NCBI RefSeq assembly: GCF_009914755.1
Contig: NC_060926.1
From: the human T2T-CHM13v2.0 reference genome, Homo sapiens
Reading direction: 5' to 3' (one strand)
Length of the DNA: 64,000 bases
Each line of letters starts with the position of its first letter. The stretch's first letter is position 1. A model generated the notes under the pieces. That model was not told where the DNA came from and made no database searches. It worked only from the letters and a program-made list of their open reading frames with translations. The position numbers and the translations under genes are program-made. Positions 1-18,212 of the stretch are shown piece after piece.

Positions 1-836
<836 letters not shown>

Positions 837-1104
837 TGGAAACACATCTTTATATAGCTCTCCTCCCTTCATGGGGGCTTGTGGGGAAGTGAGAAAGAAA
901 AGCAGGGCGGCAGTGCCTCTGGAAGCTCTTTGGTGCTTCCAAAAGGTAGAAATGGGGAACCCTCTGTTCAGCAGAGCATGTTTTTGAATTTGGAGGTTGC
1001 CCAGAGAGGCCTGGAAGCCAGTGCAGGGGAGGGCCACATTGTTCAGCACACCAGGATGCTGAGTTTGAAGGGGGCATAGGGAGGACCTCAAAAATGACAG
1101 TAGG

Positions 1105-1473
<369 letters not shown>

Positions 1474-1575
1474 CTAGGAAATTTTTAAGACTCTAAGAAT
1501 CTTTGCAGTGAAACAGCTCCATCACTACCTACTGAGACCAGGCTACTCACCAGGGCCTGGACCCTGGTCTACTCC

Positions 1576-2177
1576 TGTAAGGTACATGGATGTGCTTTGG
1601 TCAAGGAATAGGGTGAGGGGGATATCCACGCCTGCATGTCTGAGCGAGTTTGGCGCGCAGGCACACACTTCCACTTGTTACACAACCTGTTTGTTTAAGT
1701 TCATACTTGGCTCTGAGCCACTATTGTCTGTAGAAGGTATAATTGCCCTACTAATGCTGTACAGGGGCTCTTGAGGCTCAGCTTGGCTCAACATGGCTGG
1801 ACATGGCTCTTGTGCAGGTGTGCTGGCTCCCAGAGAAAGAGATAGAGAGAGAGCCAAAGCTGTCTGTCTTGCAGATGGACAAGAGGGAGCCAGGACATAG
1901 CTCGGCTTGCTCATGCCCAGAGAGAGAAAGAGTTAAGCTGCTGACCCTGAAGGCAGTGGAGAGCTGGCCGCACAGGTGTGCATGGGAGCTGCAGGACTAA
2001 GCAGCCAAGACATGGCAGACAGTGTAAAAGAGCTAGTTTGCATCAGCTGTGTAAGAGAGCGGCTGCTGAATAAAACCATATTCGCCTGCCTACGGCCCTC
2101 CGAGTCTTCTTTCTGCCCATCCACCCACTCCCCTCGGACTTCAGCTATGGGCTGGACCCTGATCCCAGGACCTGATA
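1576..2177 (+). mobile_element. ERVL solo LTR, LTR18-like (about 602 bp)
   Basis: Begins TGTAAGGTACATGGATGTGCTTTGGTCAAGGAATAGG, internal AATAAA, ends ...CCTGATA; imperfect 5-bp TSD actcc/acccc. Subfamily assigned from memory. Confidence 0.75.
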
Positions 2178-2867
2178 ACCCCTCTACTCTGTGTGTGACT
2201 CACTCCTTCTTTTCCTCAGTTTAGATTTCTGAGAGAGAACCTCATTGGCCCAATCAGTGCCCACTCCCTTTTCATGTCAGGCACTCAGAGGTCAGATTCC
2301 CGCGATGGCCAATCAGCGGTGGCTGCGGAGTAGGGAACAAGGCCGCCCTCACTAGCAACAACTTGAGTCTGCTTCTTTCACCAAGGGCTGCGTGGGTGAG
2401 TGCTCCCCTCAGAGTGAGATTCGCTGCTGCTCCTGGAAAGGACTGAGTAGTGCCGTCTACACATTTTGCCCAAAGTCATACGGCTGTTAAGGGTCAGAGG
2501 CAAGTTTCAAATCTCGGTCTGTTGACACTAAAGGCCCTTAGCCATCTGTCCTTTATTCTACATTGGCCTTTCAGAGCAAGATGTAGGAGACACAGGAGGG
2601 TGGAAAGAAATTCTTTGGCCAAGACTGAAATATGGCCAGATGGTGGAAATAAAAAAGTATTCTTTTTGGTCACTCCTATAGAAGATACATTTACAAACCT
2701 TCTATCAAGAACAGTTATTAAGCCCCTAAACAAACAAAAGTCCCTCGTGCTACAGGATAATGCAGGAAAGAAAGCCAATAAATCATTACCCAAATTTTGG
2801 AAAAGTGGCATGAATTGCACATTAAAAAGTCAAGGGAATGGAGTGAGGTCATCTTTAAAGGCAGAAG

Positions 2868-2924
2868 GCCCCTCAAATTAGAGCCAGCTGTGCTCCGCCT
2901 CTACACCTGGCTCCACACGCGGGC
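2868..2924 (-). ncRNA. MIR1471: MIR1471 annotated precursor (mature sequence 2903-2924)
   Basis: Reverse complement GCCCGCGTGTGGAGCCAGGTGTAGAGGCGGAGCACAGCTGGCTCTAATTTGAGGGGC (57 nt) matches hsa-mir-1471 as I recall it; internal stem GAGCCAG/CTGGCTC. Confidence 0.8.
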
Positions 2925-3309
2925 TCGTCCGCGTGAGAGATGAGCCGGGAATGGGATAAAAACCATCCCAGAACCCACAGGAAATGCAAGTCCCTCGCCA
3001 GGTAGAGGCTGAAGTAGGAATGCAATGATATTAGCAGCTCTTGAAACTCCATAGTTCAGTACTTCAGAGAAATCCTCAAGGGCTTTTAAAGCTTTCTGTT
3101 CCTTTGCTTTATTTTGTTTTTAAAAACTGTCTCCCAATCTCTTTCCCTTCCTCTAGTCTCATGGTTACTTCCTGTTCCAGGCACCTGCACAATAGTCCCA
3201 ATTTCCCCTAACTAAGACCCCTAAGTGTTTGTCCTAAGTTCCGATGGCGAGCTCTGTACCCCAACCTCCTCCACGAAAAAGGGCGGTTCATAGAGGAAAT
3301 TCCAACCAA

Positions 3310-3820
3310 GGCTCCTTGGGTCTGAATCCCGTTCTCATTCTTACCAGCTGTGTGATCTAGAGTCTATGCCTTGGTTTCACTCATTTGCAAAGTGGGGATA
3401 AGAATAGTAACCACCCGGCCGGGCGCGGTGGCTCACACCTGTAATCCCGGCACTTTGGAAGGCTGAGGCGGGCGGATCACGAGGTCAGGAGATCGAGACC
3501 AGCCTGGCCAACATGGTGAAACCCTGTCTCCACTAAAAATACAAAAATTAGCTGGGCGTGGTGGCGGGCGCCTTTAATTGCGGCTACTTGGAAAGCTGAG
3601 GCAGGAGAATCGCTTGAACCAGGGAGTCAGAGGTTGCAGTGAGCCGAGATGGTGCCACTGCACTCCAGCCTGGCAGTAGAGCAAGACTCCGTCTCAAAAA
3701 AAAAAAAAAAGAAGGAATAGTAACCACCTAATAGACTTGTGAGGGTTAAAGGAGATGATTTATGCTAATTACTGGAGTAGTGGCTGGCACATGGTAACTG
3801 CTTAGTAAATATTAGCTACT
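3310..3820 (+). mobile_element. MIR interrupted by an AluS (3417-3710)
   Basis: MIR core motifs on both sides; TSD gaatagtaaccacc at 3402-3415 and 3715-3728. Confidence 0.88.
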
Positions 3821-4029
3821 TTTACAGTGAAGTAGAGGATAGAAAGGAGTTGCATTTTTATTGGATAACAACCCTAGACATTTTGTGCATTCCAGAGAAA
3901 GGTATGAAAAGGAACTTCCTGGAGCTGCCTGGTCTGGGGCGTGCAAGCATCCCTGCTGGCATCTCTCTATGGGTCTTTGCTTCCCCCAAGCATCATGGCT
4001 GAAAGGAATTTTATGAACTGTTGCCTTTC

Positions 4030-4444
4030 GATCTATTTCCAATCTTATGTGCATGCCCTTTGCTGCAAGACGCTAAAGTGTCTCCCACTAGAGTAGGCAG
4101 AGTGTATTTCTCTGCTCCATGGATGTTGGGCTTGGCTATACGACATGCTTTGGCCATTGGAGTGTGGGCAGAGTGACAGTATGTCAGTTCCAAAGAGTGT
4201 CAGTGCTGCCACCCACCCCTCTTGCACTTTCTGCTTTCCTCCATGGGAAGAACATACCCCAGGTAGCCACTGGCCTCAGAATGAGAGACACATGAAGAGA
4301 ACTAAATGCAACCCAGGGCCTGAAGGAGAGCTGCTCTGGCCAGCAGGCACATTTGTGAGTGCGATATAGATGATTGCTGCTCTAAGCCACGGGGATTGTG
4401 GAGTTTGTTATCCAGTAGGACTCAGCAGAAACCTGGCTGATACA
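4030..4444 (+). mobile_element. MLT1 (ERVL-MaLR) LTR, MLT1I-like
   Basis: MLT1 motifs (ttgggcttggc...gctttggcca; taagccac...gtttgtta...ctgataca). Confidence 0.7.
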
Positions 4445-4667
4445 ATGTTTTTAGGCTCAACAGGGTGATCACAGCATGAACAGCAGAGTACATGGCTCCA
4501 GACATCCTACAAGCTGCTGTCCGAATAAACTTCTAACATCACGCCTTTCCCCCACTGCCTGTATACTTAAGTCCACTCTCCTTTGCTCTACGGTGAAGGC
4601 TCTTCTCACTTGAACTGCAACCAAATTTTCCTCACCTGTCCCCTCCTCCCTTAACAAATTTTCCATC

Positions 4668-4988
<321 letters not shown>

Positions 4989-5631
4989 CTAAAACAAAAA
5001 CAAATACAAAAATCTTCCATTGCAGCCATTCTTAAACCATATGTAAAGTTCTGCTGCTGACTGTTTTTCTCCACCTAACTCCTAAACTTCATGAAGACAA
5101 CCAGCCGTCCCATTCATCTCCCGCTTCTCTGAACACAGGTTGTCAGAGAGGAATGGGGCCCACCCATGATTCACTCTCACACCCTCTCTGTCACTCTGGT
5201 GCCTTCGCCCTACTCCGCTCCATCCCTCTGGGTTAGAAGTAGGATGTGGTACCTAGCTGCTTCTTACCCAGATCTCTCTGACATGCAGTCCTGGTGCCCT
5301 TTGTCACCCCATGTCAGTTCTGGGCACCCTCCCTGGTCCATCCTTGTGTTAACAGGACCCAGGTGACTCCTGGCACAAAGGGGGATGTTGGAAGCTGAGG
5401 GAATGTTTCCTTGCAGGGGCAACAGAGGCAGAGAAGAGTCCAGGCAGCCTTGAGGCGTTAACGGAGACTGACCTGGAGGCCAGGCCATGTTTGTTAATGA
5501 ACCTGAGAAGCTGCTGAAGGAGGCCTGGGAAAGCCCCGACTTGACACCTGTGGCTGCTTCGAGCTCCTGAAGGCCATTCTCCCCTGGCAGGTGGATGTCA
5601 AGAAACGAATACATTCAAAGAAGAAGGGGAA

Positions 5632-6029
5632 AGATATGGTTTGAATCTGTGTCCCTCCCAGATCTCCTGTCGAATTATAATCCTCAGTGTTGGAGGTGGG
5701 GCCTGGTGGGAGGTGGTTGGATCATGGGGGTGGATTTCCCTCTTGGTGCTGTTCTCGTGAGAGTGAGTGCATTCTCGCGAGATCTGCTCATTTAAAAGTG
5801 GGTGGCACCTCCCTGCTGTCTCTCTCGCTTCTGCTCCGGCCGTGTGAGGTGTTCGCTCTCCCTTCACCTTCTGCCATGATTGTAGGTTTCCTGAGGCCTC
5901 CTGGAAGCCGAGCAGATGCCAACCTCATGCTTCCTGTATAGCCTGCAGAACCATGAGCCAATGAAACCTCTTTTCAAGTTATCTGGTCTCAGGTATTTCT
6001 TTATAGCAGTGTGAGAACAGACTCATACA
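5632..6029 (+). mobile_element. MST (MaLR) solo LTR, MSTA-like
   Basis: gatatggtttgaatctgtgtccc...ggtatttctttatagcagtgtgagaacagactcataca. Confidence 0.88.
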
Positions 6030-6994
6030 GGGAGTGAGGACTTCTCTGATCAAAGGAAAGCAGCCACCTGGTTTTTGTCCAGTGGTTCACTGAAAATATT
6101 TTACTGAATAAAACTTTTCCTAACTGGCAAGAATGGTCTAGAAGCAGGTTGCTCAAATAGTGGAAGAAGTCCTCTTGAGGTCAAGGTAGTCACTGATGCC
6201 TTGACTTAGAACAGCAAAGCCACTACCGGAAAACCTGAACGCGCAAGATCGCAGTTCACAATTCAGAGCAGAGGGCCTGTAGCCCTTCGAGGCCCGAAGC
6301 CAGAGAATGCCGGAGGAGAGTTTTATTGCAGGAACTTAAATTTAACCAGCTGGAACTCTTTAAACAATCATCCTATTCATATATTTAAAATAAATTGTGC
6401 ATCTTTTAGCAGGCAGTCAGCGTTTCGTTATTAAGATGGAAGATGGGACAGAGTGTTCTTGGCTGCGTTGATCCCAGAATCCCAGGCTCCTTTTCAGGCG
6501 CGCTTAGCATGTGGTAAAGACATTTGCGAAGGTAAGTGTGTTTCAGGCCTGTCAGACTGGAGCCCGCATACCTACACAGCAAGCAGCCGCTGGTCAACTG
6601 AGCAGCTCAAAGGGAGACCTTTCCAAGGTGATGTCATTTTCTCCTGACGTTCTACCAGAAGCCTGTAGGGAGCAAGAAAGTTGGAAAGAAAAAGGACGTT
6701 TTAGAAGGTTTAGTGGATTTACCAAAATCTTCTGGTAACAAATAATAAAATATTTCATAGAGCTACAATAGTTGAAACAGTGCGAAGTGGTTAAAAAAGG
6801 AGCAGTTCCAATAGATTGTTTTTTTTTTTTAAATAGACTTTAAGATACATAGGAAGTCAACATAAAAGGGAAAAGGAAGCTTATTCCTTGAAAACAACCA
6901 ATACTATTATATGAAACCTGACAAGTTTTACCATGAAAAAGTATACACAATTAGAAATGAATATGCAGAAATAACCCCTGGTACCAAAACCTGA

Positions 6995-7626
<632 letters not shown>

Positions 7627-7897
7627 GATCAATCTTTCTTACTTTTGAATATTGACATAAAAATCCTAAATAAAATATTAGCAAATTCTATTCATCAATA
7701 TTTAAGCCATAGTTTTATCACAGGAGTGTAAGAGTCGTTAAAAATTTGGAAAATGTGGTCCTGTAATTTACTGCATTAATACGATAAAGGTTATAAAAAA
7801 CATATATCATTATCTTCACTGCTTCTCAAACTTTGATGTATATAAGCGTTACCTGAGGATCCTTTAATGCATATAAGAATAAAAAAATGCATATTCA

Positions 7898-9011
<1,114 letters not shown>

Positions 9012-10279
9012 CTAAATGATAAAATAATGTTCTAGTTGAATTTATACATATATACATATACATATAAATAAAGATCTAAAACTTCAATATGGCAAATAAC
9101 ATTATCTGGGCAAAATAATAGCAAAATACATGACAGACAAGGAGTAAATGTGCCAAATATATAAAAAGCTACTTTAAATAGAGAAAATGGTCAAAGAACA
9201 AGTCATTCACTGAGGAAGAAATCCAGATGGCCGTAAACACAAGCAATGGAGCTCAAAGAAACACACATGATAGCAAATATCTGGTTGAGTATTGTTTATC
9301 TGACTGACTTTTTAAAAAATTAAAATATCCATTTTTGGTATGTAGAATCAGACAGCCACACATTGTTTTTAAGCAAGGCTTAGTGCTCAGTGATGTTTTA
9401 CAAAGGGTTGCAAAATTCTATCATGCATGATCCCATTTAATCTTCGTGGCAATTCCATGAAATAGGAAAGTGAGATGTTATCCATTTTACAAATGAGGAG
9501 TTTTGGATTCAGTGATGTTACCTTCCCAATGTCATGGAGATAGTAAGGGGTTACCTTGTAATTTGCTGAATGTTTATTACATTATCGTTTTCTTTGGGCC
9601 ATCATGATTAATTTGTTTTTCAATGAATTTCCATTACTTCAAAAGTTTCAGAATTATCGATACTAACATATTATGCTCTTGTCTCAGGGGAAGATACATT
9701 GAATGTCTTAGGAATCTCCAATTTTGTTTCTTAATGAAACAATCTATTCAAGGTAAAGCACAATTGATAGCTTAAATATCTAAAAAGGAATGTGAAAATG
9801 ACTGCATTGTATTATTACTTCTTTAGTATTACAAGGAAGCTGTGAGTTATAGTACCACAGACATTTTAATGTATTTTAAAAATTTGTGAAGTTGATTAAT
9901 TAATTGGTTAATTTCCTCCTTCAACAAGTATGTTTTGAGGGTCTACTGCGGGACATGCAGTTTTCTTGACCCTGGAGATGCAGAGATGAGCAAAACAGGC
10001 AAAATTGCTGTCTGCATGAAGCTGAGCTTCTAAATTTATTTTTGACATATGATAAAATAATGTTTGTGCTAGTCGAAGTATAAAATATATGACTGTACCG
10101 CCAATATTTTATATAATTCAAACAAGATAAAAAGCAGATAATTCAATAAGCACACATTGCAATTTAAAGTATACAAAGATGCTCACTAGCTTTGCCTGAA
10201 AATTAAACCTGGGATTGTAGGTATGTTAAGGTATCCTGCTAGAGGTTAAGTTTATATTTTGTTCCTCCTCTTCTTTGTG

Positions 10280-10958
<679 letters not shown>

Positions 10959-12425
10959 GAAGGGCAAGTGGGCGTTGAGCTTGGACAAAGGAATGTGACA
11001 ATGGCCTGGGCCAAGGGAAGGTAATTAGATCCCTTTTGTTGCAAAAGGTTTAAAAGAAAAAAATCTGACCAACCCTGTGGAGAGAAACAGCGGACCTTAG
11101 TTTTGGTTCTGGGAAGTTGGGCTCAGAACAGCTTCTGGGTGTCCAGGGACAGCTCACCTGGGGCGTGGTCGTGCGAATGCACCGCACAGAAGCTGGCCCC
11201 AGTGGCCCTGCTGGCTCAAGGAGCAGCCGGCGAGAGCACGGACTTCCCTTCTGCCGTCCACGCCCATTCTGACCGCCAGGCGGCGCCTTGGTGCCTGGTG
11301 CCAGAGGCCGCAGGACCAGCAGTGGCCAAGGCCGGCGCTTACAGTCCCAGGGATCAGAGGGGACGGTAGAGTCGCGGTTGGTGGGGACCCAAGCAGCTGT
11401 CTGTCGCGGTTGGTGGGGACCCAAGCAGCACGGAAGGGGGTGAGAGGACACTGCTTACCTAGTGATTGAAAAGATTATATTTTTTGAGCTGGCCACTAAT
11501 TATTGGCTCAAGGCAAAAAACTGTGACACAGCTAGAATATTAGAATATTATCGACCTTTCCCCACCTGTATACCAGCATATGTGAGCTTGGGGTGTGTGT
11601 GCTGGTGGGAGGTGGGGGTGTCTCTCAGCCCCTTGGATTTGATAAAAGCTCAGCCTGGGGCCCCATTCCACGCCCTGAGGAGTTTTAAGCCCTGCCCAAG
11701 ATCTCAGCAGCTCCGAATGCAGCGGCTTTCCCCCACGTCACTGTGCAGTGTGGCCCCTGGGGGCAGTGTGGCTCTGAGGGCAGGAGTCAAAGTGTGAGGC
11801 TCAGGCTCTCCTTAATCCCCCGTCCCCCAAAGGGCCCACCCTGACAGGAAAGGGGACTCACATCTCAGCAAATTCACCAAGTCCCTGAGATGTGCCTTGT
11901 GCCAGGGTCCCACCTCCTTCTTGGTCTCTACTGGCCTTGGATGATCCTCCTACCCTCCCATCTCACCAGTGCCTCCTCCCCTGGCTTCCCTGTTCCCCCT
12001 CTCTTTGTTCTGTCTCCCTCCCCGGAGCACAGCCAGTCTCCTCCTCATCTCGCGGAAAACTCAGCTCGCCTTCTCTGATGACTGGGTGCCTGTGCCCTTC
12101 CGCGTCCTCAAACCTCACCTTTTCCAGGTGTTTCTACTTCAAGACAGCGGCCCTCCTAAGAGGATCCCAGCTGCCAGGTGTTGAGCTAATAACACACTCA
12201 CTGCTGTTCACCAAACGCCAGATCTTTGAAGTCAGAAGTTCATTAGGGATGAGCTATTTGATATCAGTCTTTTATTTCATAACCATTGGTCATATGCACA
12301 AACATTTTCTCTTGGCCTCTGGATATGCAGTTGGAGGTTTGTTAGTGATGGATATTTCAGAGGTTAAAAGATGAAGACCATTTCCAGAAGTTACAAAACA
12401 ACCCTTAAAATTCTATAGTGAATTG

Positions 12426-12898
12426 GGCCGGGCACGGTGGCTCACACCTGTAATCCCAGCACTTTGGGAGGCAGAAGCGGGAGGATCAGTTGAGTTCAGG
12501 AGTTCGAGACTAGCCTGGCCAACATGGCAAACTCCCATCTCTACTAAAAATACAAAATTTAGCTGGCACATGCCTGTAATCCCAGCTACTCGGGAGGCGG
12601 GGAGAATCGCTTGAACCTGGGAGGCAGAGGTTGCATAGTGAGCCGAGATTGCACCACTGCACTCCAGCCTGGGCGACAGGGTGAGACTTTGCCTCCAAAA
12701 AAAAAAAAAAATTGTATAGTACATTGTATACTTTAAATGGTAAATTAGCAGGGTGCAGTGGCTCACACCTGTAATCCCAGCTACTCGGGAGGCTGAAGCA
12801 AAAGGATGGCATGAGCCTATGAGTTCAAGGCTGTAGTGAGCCATGATCACGCCACTGCACTCCAGCCTGGGCAACACAGCAAGATCACTTCTAAAAAA
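12426..12898 (+). mobile_element. Alu (12426-12711) and FLAM-like monomer (~12748-12898) in an L1M 3' end
   Basis: Alu consensus; flanking L1 terminal motif (aaatggtaaa...gtatgtgaattatatc). Confidence 0.88.
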
Positions 12899-13007
12899 AT
12901 GGTAAAGTACGTGGTATGTGAATTATATCCCAGTTAAGCTATTATAAAAAATAAAAATGTCGCTGGCAGCTCGGCACTGTCCTCTCTGGACAGCCAGGCT
13001 GTCGTGG

Positions 13008-13508
13008 CATATGAATTTCCCACTGTGGCTCTAACAAGTTACCAAAATGTCGTGGCTTTGAACCACACAGATTTATCTCACAGTTCTCGCGGATGAGAGG
13101 TCCAACATGGGTTTCATGGGCAAAATTAAAGCGTTGTTAAGGCTGCGCTCCCTTCTGGAAGCTCCAGGAGAAAATCTGCTTCCTTGCCTTTTCCAGCTCC
13201 TGCGGCCGCCCACATTTTCGTTGACTTGGGTCCCCTTCTTCCGTCTTCAAAACCAGCAGCATTGCATCTCCTGCCTTTTTTCTGCAGCCACTTTTTCCTC
13301 TGATGGACTCATCTGGCTCCCTCTTCCACTTTTAAGGACGCTTGTGATGACATCAGGCCCCACCAGACTACCTGGCATCATTTCCCCACCCCAGGGTCTG
13401 TATCCATAACTCACTCTTGCAGGCCTTTTGCCATGTCACGTGACACATTCACAGACTCTAGGACTAGGGCGTGAGCTTCTTTGGGGACTCAATGTTCTGC
13501 CTGTCACA
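13008..13508 (-). mobile_element. MLT1C/D-like MaLR LTR
   Basis: Typical motifs: acaagttacca...atttatctcacagttct...ccttgccttttccagct...ttctgcctgtcaca. Confidence 0.78.
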
Positions 13509-13637
13509 CATTGTGAGACTGCTGAGCCAATCCGGCAAATGATGGAAGGACCTGGAATTATTGATAACCAGCCTCCACTCCATCCCCAACAGCCAGCTGC
13601 CCTTGGGACCCACATCTTGCTGAGGGCCTGGGATTGA

Positions 13638-14008
<371 letters not shown>

Positions 14009-14308
14009 TCCAGAGTTCTTCTAAGCAGATCTTATAGTTACCCAGGATCCAGGGGACAGGCAAGGCCTGACTTCTTCGTGGCCCAGCCTGGCCTGAAGGG
14101 GAGAATGTGGGTTTCCACTACTGAACAGGGGCATGTGGGCATTTGGGCAAGGTCAGCACCTGCCTTTTCACGTGCTCTCCAGCAAGGTGTCTGTGGACAC
14201 GAGCCATGTGCATGGGGAGGCCTTGGCTGTGGGGGGAGCTGGGCCTTATGGGCAGGGATGCTTGGCAGAGATGACCAGTGCTTCACCCGTACGTCCAGGA
14301 GGAGGCCA

Positions 14309-14722
14309 TGTCTTAGCCCACTTTGTGCTGCTGTAACAAAATGCCAGAGCCTGGGTAATTTATAAAGAACAGAAATTTATTTTCTCAGAGTTCTGGAGGT
14401 TGAGAAGTTCAAGAGTGAGTTGCCAGCAAGTCCATTGTCTGGTGAGGGTCTGCTCTCTGCTTCCAACATGGCGCCTTGAATGCTGCATCCTCTAGAGAGA
14501 GGAGCGCTCTGTCCTCACATGGCAGAAGCTGGAAGGGCAAAATGAAACCAAACTCCCTTCTTGATGAGGGAGTCAATGGCACCATCAAGCCCTTTTAGAA
14601 TGGCATTAATCTATTCATGAGTGCAGAGCCCTCATGACCTAAACATTTCCCATATTCCAACACTGTTGCTTTGGGGATTGAGTTTCCAACACACATTTGG
14701 GGGACATATTCAGACCATAGCA
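14309..14722 (-). mobile_element. MST (MSTC/D-like) MaLR LTR
   Basis: tgtcttag...gctgtaacaaaatgcc...ctgggtaatttataaagaacagaaattta...attcagaccatagca. Confidence 0.82.
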
Positions 14723-16307
14723 GGCTGGAACCTTCAAGCATCCAGGAGGGAAGGCTCCTCGCTGGGACTGAGAACAGGATGTCAGCCTGGGGCTGGGTGC
14801 AGCCTGCAGGGCCCAAGGATGCCCAGCAGGTGCATGCACTTTTACGACCCAGCCACCTGCCGGCCCAGAGCTCTTCCTTGCCCCAGTCAGGGCCCAGCCG
14901 TCACTAGCAGGAGGCCGTCTCCAGGGCGTTGGCCAGAGCAGAGTTCTCTCACCTCCCCAGCCTCGGCGGAGGAGGAGAAAGTGGCTGTGGCCTCCTGTGG
15001 AAGGGGTGGCGATAAGGGACTTTGGCAGTTCCAGGAACTTTGGCCACCTTGAGGCCTTCTAGGAGCCCTGTCTTCTGGGGGGTGGTATACCCCACCAGCA
15101 CCTGCAGTGCTGGGGTCACTGTGCGCTGGTCAGGTGGCCTGACTGAGGCGCTGCCCCATCTCCAATGTCCCCACCACAATACCTGGCTGCAGGAAGCGCA
15201 GTGCAGCTGTGTGCAGAGCCCAGGTGGTTTCTGTCTACCCTGGTGGGGGTGGAGCCAGGCATGGACACTGCTGCAGCCCTGGGAGCCAGGTTCTGGGGCA
15301 GTCATATTCCGGTCCCCATCCAGCCCTGGGACACTCACTTTGTCTGCTCAGCCTCGTTTAGGATGAAGCCCATCAAAGGCCTTCATGTTGGGGGTGAGGG
15401 GTGTTCATCACAGAACCCGTGTACTACAGTTGACTGCCCAAGGGGTGGGTCCTTGACCCCAGCTAGGCCAACTGGGTCCTCCCCTGGGTTTGTTTTGTTT
15501 TGTTTTGTTTTTTTAAGTCTGGAGTGCCTTTCCCCCTTCACTCACTTTCTGATCTACATCCTGGGAGGTGAGAGGCATCATGGTTTTAACTGATCTGAGA
15601 GAATGTGGCTGACCCTTGCTCCCTAAGCCAGAGAGTTGGTGCAGACGAAGTCCCTGTGGCCTTGGTGATGCTGATTCCAAGCCCCTGCCACCCCCAAAGG
15701 CACTTTTCTCCCAGTGCCTGAGGGCCTGGCTTCTTTCAGCAGAGCCATGGGAGTTGAGCGTCTCATTTGTGCGCCCCACCCTGCCCCCTCAGCAGACAGG
15801 CAGGGCTGGGCTGGGCCCAGGCCAGACTCTCCTCTCCCAGGAGCTCTTTGAGGAGCAGCAGGGTGCAGCCAAGAGCGAGCACCTGGGGTTGGCAAGAGGA
15901 GACGGGTCTGGAGTCCCCTGGGCAGAGGGAGAGTCCAGCTTCTGGGGAGAAGTGGATCCTCCAGGGTCTAGGGCTGTGTCTGGGGAGCCAGCTCCACAGG
16001 GAGTCTGGGCACAACCTGGTGTGGTCTTTGGAACAGCAGGGCCTTGGACAGAAAGCTGTGAAAAAGGCAAAGAGGGGCCCACGATCCAAAGCACCAGTCC
16101 ATCTTTGCCAACAGTGGTCTGTGCCTGCCTCTTGGAAAGGCCCGTGGTAACAGTTCTCCAACAAGAATCATGTCCTTTGGGTGTTTTGCTTTGCTTTTAA
16201 AAAATTTATAACCACATTGCAAACATTTGGAAGATTGAAAACCAACAAAAAAATCGCCAGCAGCCACTGTTCAAGTGTAGAAAAATGCTTGTTTTAGTTA
16301 ATTTTCT

Positions 16308-16653
<346 letters not shown>

Positions 16654-16668
16654 CTAGGTAACCTAAAC

Positions 16669-16833
16669 CAGTGATTCTCAAGTGCAGTCCCAGGAACAGC
16701 AGCAGCACCTGGAAACTTGTTAGAAATGCCAGTTCTCAGGTCCTACCTCCGACCTTCCAAATTAGAACTGAGGGTGAGTTTCAGCAAGTTGTGTTTTAAC
16801 AGATCTGAATATGTTCTAGTTTGGGAGCGACTG
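16669..16833. mobile_element. MER5A-like hAT-Charlie DNA transposon relic
   Basis: cagtgattctcaa...cagcagcagcacctggaaacttgttagaaatgc...agtttgggagcgactg. Confidence 0.75.
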
Positions 16834-16872
16834 ACTCAACACTTTGTAATTTCATGCAGTCCTACTGCTTCA

Positions 16873-16887
16873 CCACCAGAGGGCACC
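16873..16887 (+). promoter_or_regulatory. CTCF consensus motif
   Basis: CCACCAGAGGGCACC. Confidence 0.45.
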
Positions 16888-17210
16888 AGGAGGCTGTGGT
16901 TTTCCCCTTAAAATTGCCAGCTTTTAGATTCTCAGTGTCGGCCACAGATACTATTCAGACCTCACTGGACTTTAAAAAATAAAGAATGACGGACGATATG
17001 TTGAGAATTATTGGCTAACCTTAAATACCACCATGTTTGGACCAAATTGAACTGTCATTGTGGTTAGTCCTTGCCCAACTGCAGAGCCAGTGTCTTTTGG
17101 TGGTGGTGGAACGCATTTGGTGGTACTTCTTTTGTTCAGAACATAAAGAAATGTAAAAGCATTGGGGTCAGAAACAAAGACAGACTCCTATTAAAAGTCT
17201 GAATTCTTTA

Positions 17211-18212
<1,002 letters not shown>

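Noticed and set aside
11371-11429. CRISPR-like repeat-spacer pattern (also at 40380-40487)
   Set aside because: Only two copies, human DNA and no cas genes; these are simple local duplications.
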